DNA of 64,000 nucleotides. It comes from Lytechinus pictus. Its lineage: Eukaryota. The stretch covers positions 41,790,001 to 41,854,000 of the forward strand of contig NC_087251.1 in NCBI RefSeq assembly GCF_037042905.1, in the 5' to 3' direction. Under the pieces are notes generated by a model, which saw nothing but the letters and a program-made list of their open reading frames with translations, had not been told where the DNA came from and ran no database searches. Below, piece after piece: positions 53,901 to 64,000 of this stretch (the first letter of the stretch is position 1; every line of letters starts with the position of its first letter). A program made the position numbers and the translations under genes.

Positions 53901-56900
53901 CAGCTAAGAGGCTGAATTGTGTACAAGTTACAGGTTTACATTCATAGTGTACAAAACTAGTTTAAAACCTCGAACCTATAATAATAACAGTAATATATTG
54001 CATCTCAATTGTGTGAATTTATACCAAAAGGAAAAAAAAGTAAAAATTGAAAAGAGCTAGGTGGTGGAAGGATGTATTTTCATTAAGCATTGTAATTTAA
54101 AGGAGAATGAAACCTTTGAAACAAGATAGCTTGTGTGAAAACAGAAAAATCAAAGAAACAGATCAACGAAAGTTTGAGAAAATCAGACAAATAATAAGAA
54201 ATTTATGAGCATTTGAATATTGCTATCACTAATGCTATGGAGATCCTCCCATTGGCAATGCGACAAAGATGCGTACATACCAGGTCCTGTTGATGTATTA
54301 ATTTGAAATATGCCTATATAGATATGCATCAATAACATACAATAATCCATCCTGAGTGAACCGTAGACCAAGCGGACGACCACATTCAGTTTCATTAACT
54401 AAAGGAAAAAAAACATAATCATTATTGTGAATATCAATCTACATATGTATTCAAAATAAGGGGCATAGTATCTCCTTATCCCATATTCTGAATATTAACC
54501 CTTCATTCAGTACTCGGTTACTTCTAGTGTCACCCCTATGCTTTTGCTTATGATCAAGGTGCATATAAATATTGTACTGTGCAATACACAATCGAGTATT
54601 GTTTAAATGATATTGCTTTGAATATGACAAATTCGATCGTTTGAATAACATCGAAACAAAATAAACCTGCATGGTCATTGTGTTCGGCATGAAAGAACCA
54701 ATATATGAATAGATATATAGATTACTGTATAATAAAATACTGTTTTCTCTTATCATCATTATAAGAATGAAGTAAAGGATTCTTACCACAACCTAAAGGG
54801 CCAAGTGAAATCAGGGTGGTTAACTCCATATATGGGCTGATTTTGATGATCTTTCCATCGGCGGTACCACTGTAGATTATACCTTTTTGTACAAAAAAAA
54901 AAACAATAGTCTTGCGCATGATTTGAAAATATCAACATTTTCCTTATTTATTAGCTATCCTATTTTTTTCCTTCTTGTTAAATTCAAATATGTACCAAGT
55001 AAAAATGAATCACAGAGTTGAAATTGAGATGGAATATCAATTTCCTACAGAATAGGTGAGGAGCTTGATGGATTGTTCAATGGTCTTCTTTGCATTAGAA
55101 ATTATAAAACAGGTTCAAGGATGTTGCCAATAGTGAGTGCAAGTAAGTCACAATTAACCTTCCAGCCGTGCATTTTTTTTTTGTGCAGCACACTGTATTT
55201 TGCATTTTGGTACATCCATCTGAGATATATGCGTTCTTTCAAAGGCAAGGCATGTCACCAGCGCTACTTAGGCATGCTTATGTGATCTCTTCATCTGTGC
55301 GACCCTAACACATTTGGAGCAATTCGAACAACCTTTCCACTAGTCTAGGCGATCAGGGGTGGAAAAAAATGTTCAGATTCTGCTTAAAGCATGAAACGTG
55401 ACACACGTGATCAAAATAACATTCTAAACATGTTTAGGGGTGTTGCCAAAATGAACTCTAATTAGCAAAGCAACGGTTGCTAGGTAACCTATTTTCATTA
55501 GCAACCATGCAGTACAAAGGATGTCTATATGGACCAATGATTTTAAATGATTATGATGCGATTTAGCATTTACAACTTCGAATCTTGTATAAAAACTACT
55601 TTTAAAATTGCGTCACCATATGGTAACAGCACATTACAACAATTAATCTATGAACATCATGCGGATTGAACTACTTCTACATTTTATGACCTACAATGTA
55701 TGCTCATGAAATTTGGTACACACACAGACCTATATAGCTAGAGAGATCGATGAAAGACTCATTTTTTGTATTTCTCAGAAATTGTGTTGCCATGGTTACA
55801 CATACTTTGGCTAAAAAGTCCGAAAAACTCATTGCGGGACAAACTACTTCCCCAGTTTTCAGCCAGTGCTCATGGAAGTTGGCACATATATTCAGCTTGG
55901 GGTAAAGACATGCAAGATTCATTTTCTAAATGTTATGGAAACTGCATTTCCATGGTAACAGTAGGGGGCAGGGTTTTAGTCACCTTCAGTTATATATCTA
56001 CTTTCCAACCGGCACCTTTAGGGAGGCGGATGGTTTGCACAAGGCCTACTTCATACGTACGTCAAGTGAAATTTACAATGAGACACTCAGACGTACAGAT
56101 GGCGGGGGGGGGGGGGGAGTATGAATGGACCCCCTCCCCCCAAAAAAAAGTCACGACCAAGAAAACAAGGAGACAAGCGCCTCGTGCTTTTGCGTATTGC
56201 AAATAGCATTGAGTGCGCTCCATCGCCATAACACACTCATAAATGTGCATTAATACATTTTTGTACAATACATTTGTTGTTATATGAATAGTATATTTTA
56301 ACTATTGGATAGTGGAATCACCCAATGCCCCTTCCATCCAACCTAGTAATGGCCAAACAAAAGGGATTTGTTTTTAATTTACCAATGTCAAACTGCTAAA
56401 GATTGTAACATACCATCATTGAAAGCCAGGGACTCTGGACCGAGAAGCAGATTCTCAAGAATTTTATCCGAATTTTCAAGATGGTTATTAACAGGCAGAG
56501 TATCACCAAGGTAAGGAGGACTTTTTAATCTGAAAAAAAGTTGATAAAATGGAGTTGAATCTGTATTGCCAGGCGCGGATCCAGGGGGGGGGGCACAGGG
56601 GCACGTGCCCCCTTTTGAGAAGCAAAATTTAAATTTGTAATGTAAAAATGCCATGAAATTAAATACTTTTTTTTTCTTGTCAAATTTTTCCTCCAAAAAA
56701 TTTGCCCCCCCTTTTGGAAAATCCTGGGTCCGCCCCTGTATATTGCTAACTGATAAGCAGTTAAGCATGTTCTCTTATATTTGGATCTCATTTAATGCAT
56801 ATTACAATTAACTTTTCCACATGGTTGCAAATTATGAAATATCGGGTGATGAAACAAGCAAACAGTTTAATTGTGTATATAAAAGTGTTTTCTAAACAAG

Positions 56901-57191
56901 AATTTTCATGCTATGCAGAAGAAAAAAAAAATTCTTTAATCTTTATCATGAGTGTATATGATAGTATTCATGGGCAAAGTAAGGTGGGCCATATATATAT
57001 ACAAATCATATTTTTATTATATTTCCAAATAAGTAGCAAAGTCCCATATTTTTGTTTCAATATAGAATCAAATGAATTATGAAACACAAATAACTTACTG
57101 AAATTGCAGTGGTTCAAACACAGCTGGAAGAAGATAGACCAAAACACCAATAAGTGCTATGATGAGAGCATTTATAACACTTGTGGGATAC
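50787..57191 (-). CDS. APMAP: APMAP-like (adipocyte plasma membrane-associated / strictosidine synthase-like beta-propeller) gene; 8 exons resolved, 5' end uncertain; apparent frameshift, so possibly a pseudogene or null allele
   Basis: Exons 57191-57099, 56529-56414, 54882-54787, 54398-54281, 53657-53486, 52656-52522, 51590-51407 and 50993-50787. Motifs: N-terminal TM helix, GPES, YSGTADGKI, CGRPLGLRF, FFNDL, EG..DSRLLQY, NGVQLS.DESFLLVAE, NLPGFADNIRPS, DPTG..VPYISEV..LYLGS. Phases agree everywhere except the 118-nt exon. Confidence 0.88.
51407..51590 (-). CDS. APMAP: APMAP-like exon
   Basis: YFLTGPRQGEMELFADNLPGFADNIRPSSDGGFGVAFPTIRRRCLYDVFAQRPWLRKLLIK; TACAG acceptor, GTAATA donor. Confidence 0.88.
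51798..52383. mobile_element. MITE family A copy in an APMAP-like intron
   Basis: TTAAAGGTCAAGTACACCCC ... GGGGTCTTTAA; internal homology to the other copies. Confidence 0.85.
52522..52656 (-). CDS. APMAP: APMAP-like exon
   Basis: LLQYNPSSGEVSILIDGLALANGVQLSKDESFLLVAEGGRMRKHR; TTTCAG acceptor, GTAAGT donor. Confidence 0.88.
52701..53025. mobile_element. MITE (Harbinger-like) in an APMAP-like intron
   Basis: GGTCCGTAGCTGAAGTCTGGTTTAA ... TTAAACCTGACTTCAGAATACGGGCC. Confidence 0.75.
53126..53293. mobile_element. Short hairpin MITE
   Basis: GTTTCATAAAGCTGTTCGTAAGTTAAAAGCGACTTTAAGAACGACTGGTGATC and its near-perfect reverse complement flank a spacer of about 50 bp. Confidence 0.85.
53486..53657 (-). 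CDS. APMAP: APMAP-like exon
   Basis: GESTNLVARDTTVDDKPILFFNDLTVGSDSIIYFTHSSTRWHRFQHLSLAMEGNNDSR; TTTCAG acceptor, GTTATT donor. Confidence 0.85.
54097..54270. mobile_element. Half copy of MITE family B, truncated 10 nt from an APMAP-like splice donor
   Basis: TTAAAGGAGAATGAAACC ... CCCATTGGCAATGCGACAAAGAT matches only one arm of 58821-59412. Confidence 0.85.
54281..54398 (-). pseudogene. APMAP: APMAP-like exon with frameshift (extra TATA near 54315-54320; premature TAA at 54300-54298)
   Basis: Reads NETECGRPLGLRFTQDGLLYVIDAYL in one frame, then GIFQINTSTGP in another. A 118-nt exon cannot join two phase-1 introns in frame. Confidence 0.75.
54787..54882 (-). CDS. APMAP: APMAP-like exon
   Basis: GIIYSGTADGKIIKISPYMELTTLISLGPLGC; AAG acceptor, GTAAGA donor. 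Confidence 0.88.
56414..56529 (-). CDS. APMAP: APMAP-like exon
   Basis: LKSPPYLGDTLPVNNHLENSDKILENLLLGPESLAFND; TTTCAG acceptor, GTATGT donor. Confidence 0.88.
56570..56738. mobile_element. Short hAT-like MITE about 40 bp from an APMAP-like acceptor
   Basis: CAGGCGCGGATCCAGG ... CCTGGGTCCGCCCCTG; near-identical 8-bp flanks TGTATTGC and TATATTGC. Confidence 0.75.
57099..57191 (-). CDS. APMAP: APMAP-like exon (signal-anchor TM helix)
   Basis: YPTSVINALIIALIGVLVYLLPAVFEPLQF; AAG acceptor, GTAAGT donor. Confidence 0.8.
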
Positions 57192-57379
57192 CTTTATGGA
57201 AAATAAGAGTAAAAAATGTAATAGATAATAAATATTACAAATAAAAGTAGATGAAAATGAAAAGTAATTTAGTATTATCATGAGAGGGTAGATGTCATCA
57301 AAACCTACATGTACCAGAAATAAACAAGAAAAAGTACCATCTTATAAATGGGACTTGCTTGAATAACCGGTAATGCAGA

Positions 57380-57762
57380 AAATTTTTCGGGTGACATTCG
57401 TAATTCCGAAGGTTCGTTATTCCGAAGGTTCAAATATTCCGAAGGTTCATTATTCCGAAGGTTCGTAATTCCGACAGTTCGTCATTCCGAAAAATTTTCG
57501 GGTGACATTCGTAATTCCGAAGGTTCAAATATTCCGAAGGTTCAATATTCCGAAGGTTCGTCATTCCGAAGGTTTGTTAATCCGAAAACAAAATAAGGTT
57601 CGTTATTCCAAAAGTTCATTAGTCCAAAAACGCAATGAGATTTGTAATTTTGAAGGTTCGTTGGTCCGAAAACGAAATAAGGTTCGTTAGTCCAAAAGCG
57701 AAATAAGGTTCGTTAATCCGAAGGTTCTTGAGTCCGAAAACGAAATAAGGTTTTTTTCCGAA
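57380..57762. repeat. Degenerate 16-17-bp tandem array (ATTCCGAAGGTTCG)
   Basis: More than 15 units. The head AATTTTCGGGTGACATTCGTAATTCCGAAGG occurs twice (about 57382 and 57493). Confidence 0.9.
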
Positions 57763-58061
57763 AATGAAATTAATTCGTTTTTGTAACAAAAATGGTGTTG
57801 CAATTAAAAAATAACAGGATATTTTCAACTGAGGATTTTACATGTGTATAATATTGCTTCTCTTCTTGGGTTTTGGTTTCCTTTAATCTTAGTTTTAGAA
57901 CTTTTCAAAATCAGCTGGTCATGCACAAAGTTAAACAATCCCTTTAATTGTATGGCTTTGTGTTCCAAGCCCTCAAAACATACCTTTGATTAATATCAAA
58001 AAGGAAAATACTGAATGTATAATAGAAAAGAAATAGATGAAATATATAACCATGCACTTAC

Positions 58062-58106
58062 ATACTGACAGTCCGTTGTTGAGAAAATTGAAATGAAACA
58101 CGACAT
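58062..58106 (-). other. Candidate upstream 45-nt exon of the APMAP-like gene
   Basis: TATACAG acceptor and GTAAGT donor. It is open in the frame required by the next exon (CRVSFQFSQQRTVS, then AT|G). Confidence 0.45.
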
Positions 58107-58820
58107 CTGTATAGTGAGACTACCAGCACACTGCAACTACTTTAAGTCAAGGAAATATACTGGTACCATTTCATACATCCAGCATTTTTATTAGACATAA
58201 GTCTCCTGCCATATAAGCCAAAATAATTTGTTCTCATTTTCCCTCATTATTTTTTGTTCCCGATACCAATCATAATACATTGACATTACTTGACATTATT
58301 TCCCCATCCCTTTTTTATCCTTAATGCTTGACAAAAAATTCACTTTCATTAATATTCTCTGTTAGTGGTTTTGGAGGCTGGAAAAGCCCCCTCCCCCCAT
58401 TATTAATCCTGGATCTGCCCCTGTCCCTCCCCTTTTCTCTCCCTCGGAGAGAATAGAAACATAAAAGTTTTAACAATGAGCAAAAATCTTGTTTTATTTA
58501 CAGATCTGTTCTGACACAAGCTAGTGAGAAATAATGTGAAGACATTTACAGTTTTGCTCCTATATGACAGATACAAAGATATTGATTTTAAGTTCCATAA
58601 AATAAGTTGCAAAAATGTAAATAACATTTTTTTTAAAGCTAATGACCCCAAGACCTAAAGAGAGAGGGGGGGGGGGACAAAAGAGTCACAACTTGATACA
58701 ATACTAGTACTAGGTGAAATGTTCTGACATTATTTAACAGTATAATGACAACGATACTGTGAATAATTTTTCTATTTTTTCCTCTTCTCAAATGAACTGC
58801 ATCAGGTATTGTAGAGTATG

Positions 58821-59412
58821 TTAAAGGAAAATGAAACTCTTGGAGCAAGTTAGCTTTTGTGAAAGCAGAAAAATCAAAGAATAAGATCAACAAAAGTTTG
58901 AGTAAAATAGGACTAGCAATAGAAGAGTTATGAGCATTTGAATGTCGAGACCACTAATGCTATGGAGATCCTCCCATTGGCAATGCGACCAAGATCTATG
59001 ATGTCACAGATGAACAACTCTCCCCTTTTGGACACTGAAAATATACCCCAAAACATCTCTTTTTGCTCATTCTAATCATATGACAAACGATTCATCAATG
59101 ATATAATGTTGTGAAACCTCTGTACTTGTCATCTCATAAAGAGAACACCTCACCTTGTGATAGACTCTATAAAAGTGAGAATATAAGTGAAATAAGTACT
59201 AAAGTAATGAGGGAGTTGTACGTTTGTGACATCACAGATCTTGGTCGCATTGCCAATGGGAGGATCTACATGGCATTAGCGATCTCAATATTCAAATGCT
59301 CATAACTTTCTTATTATTCATTCAATCTTCCTCAAAATTTCATCAATATCTTTCTATGATTTTTCTCTTTGATATGGATTCAGCTTGTTTCAAGGGTTTC
59401 ATTCTCCTTTAA
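58821..59412. mobile_element. TTAA-flanked MITE family B (AGGARAATGAAAC termini)
   Basis: TTAAAGGAAAATGAAAC ... GTTTCATTCTCCTTTAA, with about 190-bp inverted arms including GATCCTCCCATTGGCAATGCGACCAAGATCT. Confidence 0.9.
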
Positions 59413-59746
59413 TGCAATATATGTAATACAAAATTAAGTTTTGTCATTTTTGGAACATTAATTTGTCAGATAAGTTAACATCTAGATTCTAAATAATTAT
59501 ATATATCTTTTCATTTCTGTATATTATATTTTTGTGTTTTGCTATACATTGTAACTTTTGTTAAATTTTGGAATGAAAAAGAATAAATGCAATCAATCAA
59601 TCAATCAATCTTTTTACATAATATTATTTCTAAAACCTCTAGGCTCTATACTATTACTCAAAATATAATTGAGGGTGAAAAATAAAAGTTACGAATTTTT
59701 TTTTCATAGTAACAGTCTTATAAAAGAGTGATATATATATATATAT

Positions 59747-60390
59747 ATATAAACTGGGTTCCAAAAGAAACTTACCAAACTTCACAAGGACCCAACACAA
59801 ATTCCACTCAGTCAAAATGAACAAAATTTTGACACAGGCTAGCTTCAATAATCTTTACTAAAGCACATGTCAATAATTAAAGAATGGTTTAATAATAAAG
59901 AGGCTGTAGCTCCTCAAATTTACTGGTTCCAGAATTCAAAGTCACAAAGTTTTAGTTTCAGTCTGAACCAAATGGTTATTCTCTGCTTGGCTGCTATATT
60001 GACATGATGAAGTCCGTTAATGCATTATGTTGTTTTTACCTCAATAGGTGTGTTTAAAATGTTAATTTTAACTCTCTGTAACTTCTTAATTATTGAGGTA
60101 ATCAATTAAACATGCCGATGGTCATACTGTGAACTTTTATAAACTGGTAAATTTGTTTAATCCCATTTCATTTTCATTGGTCTTTCTTTTGCCAGTTTGT
60201 GACTTTGGATTCCGGAATCAATTGCCTGAGGGGCTACAGCCTCTTTGTTATTAAACCAATCTTTAATTATTGACATGTGCTTTAGTAAAGATTATTGAAG
60301 CTAGCCAGTGTCAAAATTTTGTTCATTTTGACTGAGTGGAATTTGTGAAGTGTGAAGTTTGATAAGTTTATTTTGGAACCGAGTTTATAT
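59747..60390. mobile_element. Foldback MITE with about 170-200-bp inverted arms beside a (TA)n run
   Basis: 59750-59916 is the reverse complement of 60227-60388, e.g. AAATTCCACTCAGTCAAAATGAACAAAATTTTGACAC / GTGTCAAAATTTTGTTCATTTTGACTGAGTGGAATTT. Confidence 0.85.
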
Positions 60391-60519
60391 TCACATGTGC
60401 AATAAGTGATACCTGTACCATAACCTCACCTTTTCTTTGTATTTTGTTTCATATACCTTCATACAATATGAAATATTTCTCTTCTTTTCCAAAGATGTAC
60501 AAAAAGGACCTCTTTCTTG

Positions 60520-61350
60520 TTTTGTCTCGCCTGACGAAGTTCGGCAGAGACTTACTAATCACTTTTCCTGTTGGTCTGTTAGAAAATGTTAGTTTTTGTT
60601 AAACTTGCTCGTATTTCTTTATTTCTGCATCAATTATGTTCATACTTGGTATATATGATCCTTGGGTAATACCACATATAAGCCTATGAAAATGATTGGG
60701 TCACAGGTCATCTAGGGGTCAAAAGGGCAAATAATATATCATGTACACCCCTTTTTGAAGGTTTTGTTCAATTTGCATCCATTTCTGCATCAATAATGTT
60801 CACACTTGGTAAAAATGATCCTTGGGTAATACCAAATTCTGTTGCTCAGGATGATGGGGTCAAAGGTCATCTAGGTGTCAAAAGGTCAACTTGCTCCCAT
60901 ATCTTTATTTCTACTTCAATTATTTCTTCATTTCCAGATCAATTTTGTCTACACTTGGTACAAATGTTCCTTGGGTAATATCACACGTGTGTCCATGATA
61001 ATTAACGATGGAGTCAGATATCATCAACGGATCAAAAGGTCAATTAGCTTGCTCTCATTTCTTTATTTCTACATTGATTATGTTGATCCGGAATAACACA
61101 TGTGTGTCCATGAGGATGATGGGGTCAGAGTCGTGTAGGGGTCAAAAGGTCAACTCATTTTTTTCAATATTGAGTCTACATCAATTTTGTTTACACTATA
61201 GGCTTGGTATAAATGATCATTGGGTAATACCACATGTGTGTCCATGAGGATGATGGGGTCATATAGGTGACATAGGGGTCAAAATGTCAACTCGCTCTCA
61301 TTTCTTTATTTCTACATCGATTGTGTTCACACTTGAATGATCTTTGGGAT
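60520..61350. repeat. Related hairpin-headed element with GGGTAATACCAC...GATGGGGTCA...GGTCAAAAGGTCAA tandem units
   Basis: GTCTCGCCTGACGAAGTTCGGCAGAGAC head followed by about 5 degenerate units. Confidence 0.55.
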
Positions 61351-64000
61351 TATACCAGTATTATATATATTATAGCATTTAGATTACATGATATATGGGG
61401 TAGCTGCTCACATGTGATATAAAACAATTTAGAAACCCATCTTAAATTTTTTAACCCCTTATAATTTTCTCTATTTTTCTGCTTTTATTGAAACCGACTC
61501 ATCAGGGTGAACTCCCCTTGAATAATAAAACAATGCTTTCTAGTTCTACAATTTTCAATGAATTCATAAAAAAAAAACAATTGAATCAAATACAATAGAT
61601 CCATACAGGAACAAGAGTGTCGCTAAGACGAGCACATAACACGCTTGCCTGTTACACGGAAATTGGAGTTATTGGTCAAGCAAGAAAACTGGAAGGTGGC
61701 AACTTCACCTTTGACCTTCTGACCTCAAAATCAATAGAATTCTTGGGATCTATGCTAGTATCATACACATAAAATTCTATTACATAAAATTTGTTCAAGT
61801 CTTCAGAGGGTTAGCATATTTCCAGGTGCTAGGCAGTGGGACCACACAAAATAAATCCAAAGTAATTTTAAATTAAAATGATTAAGGGACCCTATAAATA
61901 GTGTTACAATATCTGCATGTCTATGAGATTTGAGGAGCATGCAATGATCCTGCCAAAAGAGGGCGCTACAAACGTAAGATCGTATCTCTGTGTTTAGCAC
62001 CACAGAGATACATATGTTACTCTCTCGACCATACAGAAGCTGTGTAATTCTGTTCGTTTCTGACTCATAATATAACTTGAAACATGGTGGCAGCGGTAAA
62101 AAGTTACATATTTTCGTAGAACAGTTATTATTCTTCTCCCTGAAGTCTATTATGTATCTGCAAACTGTGATTTGGCCTGGATTTCGCCAGCTTTCTGAGA
62201 GTAATTCCTGCATGTGTCCCACATATGTAAGTCTGTGTACTGTTTTCTACATTATTTCAGTATCACTGTTGTTGGTTTGAATTACCATTCTGACCACCTA
62301 GTATGGGTACATTACCGCCGCCGTGCACAGGATAACCGCTGGCACGGCCTTGCAATAAGTTTTTTATTCTTATGTAAAAATTTGAAATTTATCTACATTT
62401 TACATGAAGTAAGCTTTGTAAGTTTGGATATGAAACTTACCAAACGATATGAAGCCAATTTCAATTCCTCTCTGTCTTTCTGGTACTTTATATCGATGAT
62501 TTTACTTGATGTCGAAGCAGGCATGCGGCCAATTCGCTGGTTTTCTCTATACGCACAGAGAGGGCGCGCGATATTATTTAATAAACTTGCTTGTTTACGT
62601 CAGATCAGCTGTACTGCTGGTTGCATTCTAGGCGCTCCGCATTTTTTTCGCTGTTCAGCGTTATTTTATGATGTAGCGCCATCAGCGATTATACGTGAGA
62701 TGCCTGTTGATTTTTTTGGTACAATTTCCTATTATGCGCCGGCGACTTGAATCTAGACTGTTCGATAAGAAAAATTCGCATTTCGATTGTTGTTTGCGTA
62801 ATTTCCACCGCAGTATTAAGGATCGGACGGAGTATCTTGGCTGAGATTTGAAGGTAAGCGTTTAAAATCCCTTTTTATGAATATTTTGGAGCATAGTTTG
62901 AAAATTAATTCAATGAACAAATTAAGATGAATAAATTTAGTATATTGTGAAGATTTTGGCGTGTGTCATTCTTTCACATTCGTGTGATGAATGAAAACGT
63001 CAAAATTCATTATGAAATGACATGCGTTGTGGGAGGTTAGTACAACTAACCTCGCATGCTTGTGTGAGTGCATTCTGACCACTCACACTAGTACGAGGTT
63101 AGTATATACATGTGTATATATACTAACCTCGTACACCGAACCGTGTTTGACCCTTGATTTCGAAGTAGTCGGCAAACATCGCTTCATTGCTGAAGTAATA
63201 TTTGCCGAAACTCCTTCTCGCTACTCACCGGGGCTCTTTCCGGTAAGTAGCAATAGTAAAATTAAAAATGTAATTTGAATATAATAATCGGTCAAAAAGT
63301 GCAAATTTCGCTTACCTCGGCCTGGAAAGTAACTTCGCTTGTCTCTTCTACGGAAATTCAAGGAGGCCCGTTGGTGGCGCTAATAAATTTCACAACCTTG
63401 ATTCAGCTCCTCGGTAATTTTATAACTGTGTCTAAATTCTTTGAATGCGCAATTCTTATGATTAATTTACTAATTATGGGCACCAATAAATGAAATACCT
63501 TCAAAAACATAATTCAAGATTATTATTGGCGATGATAACACTTTTCTGCAATTAATTTAAAACGATGACTAATAAAGAAAAATTGAAAAAAATGTACGTG
63601 CCTGGAACGAAACCAGCAGTACAGGCTTTAACGAACATCAATAATACGGTATACCAAAGTCTTTACAATGAAAAGATTGGACACTTCACGGACTTTGCGT
63701 AATGACCTGCGTCAATTTGCGTGTAAAATAGTGTAGGTGCCTAGTCTTTCCCTTGTCGTGTCTTTGATATGAATATAAATCGCGCGCCCTCTTTAGGAGA
63801 AAATTGATATCCACGCTTACCAATTTTTATCTCCTTGAAATCTTCACTAAAGATCAAGAAAATATACATATTTTTTTAAAGAAACTTCAAGGAGAAGTCA
63901 CGGAAGGATCTAAATGATTCGGTAAGTGTCATAGCAGAATGTGAAATACCAGATTATGCGTGATATTTTATGTGGGCAAAAGCCCAGTATATTTTGGATG

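Noticed and set aside
57380..57762. Regularly spaced short repeats resembling CRISPR or iterons
   Set aside because: The units are contiguous and degenerate with no spacers, in a eukaryotic intron; probably a transposon subterminal array.
62214..62750. 178-aa ORF on +
   Set aside because: No recognisable domain or supporting splice structure.

Overview
AT-rich, repeat-dense eukaryotic (animal) genomic DNA. The MITE, SINE and LINE content looks like a marine invertebrate, possibly a sea urchin (inference only). Three spliced genes can be assembled by hand from GT-AG signals and reading frame. (1) A small two-exon bHLH transcription factor on + (13228-13374, 20364-20552; 111 aa) with a MyoD-like basic region but a non-MyoD loop and helix 2. 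(2) A four-exon single-RRM SLIRP-like gene on - (40527 to 34470; 102 aa). (3) An APMAP/strictosidine-synthase-like gene on - (at least 8 exons, 57191 to 50787; 5' end unresolved) with an apparent 4-nt frameshift in the CGRPLG exon. The rest is transposon-derived or simple repeat: two truncated L2/CR1-group LINEs, a 4.66-kb non-autonomous piggyBac-like element, many TTAA-flanked, hAT-like and Harbinger-like MITEs (some nested), SINE fragments, minisatellites, and a local ~1.3-kb duplication next to the SLIRP-like start codon. I see no CRISPR array, rRNA or tRNA, and no prokaryotic-type system. The best novelty candidates are the unusual bHLH and the frameshifted APMAP copy. All family assignments are from motif recognition, not database searches.
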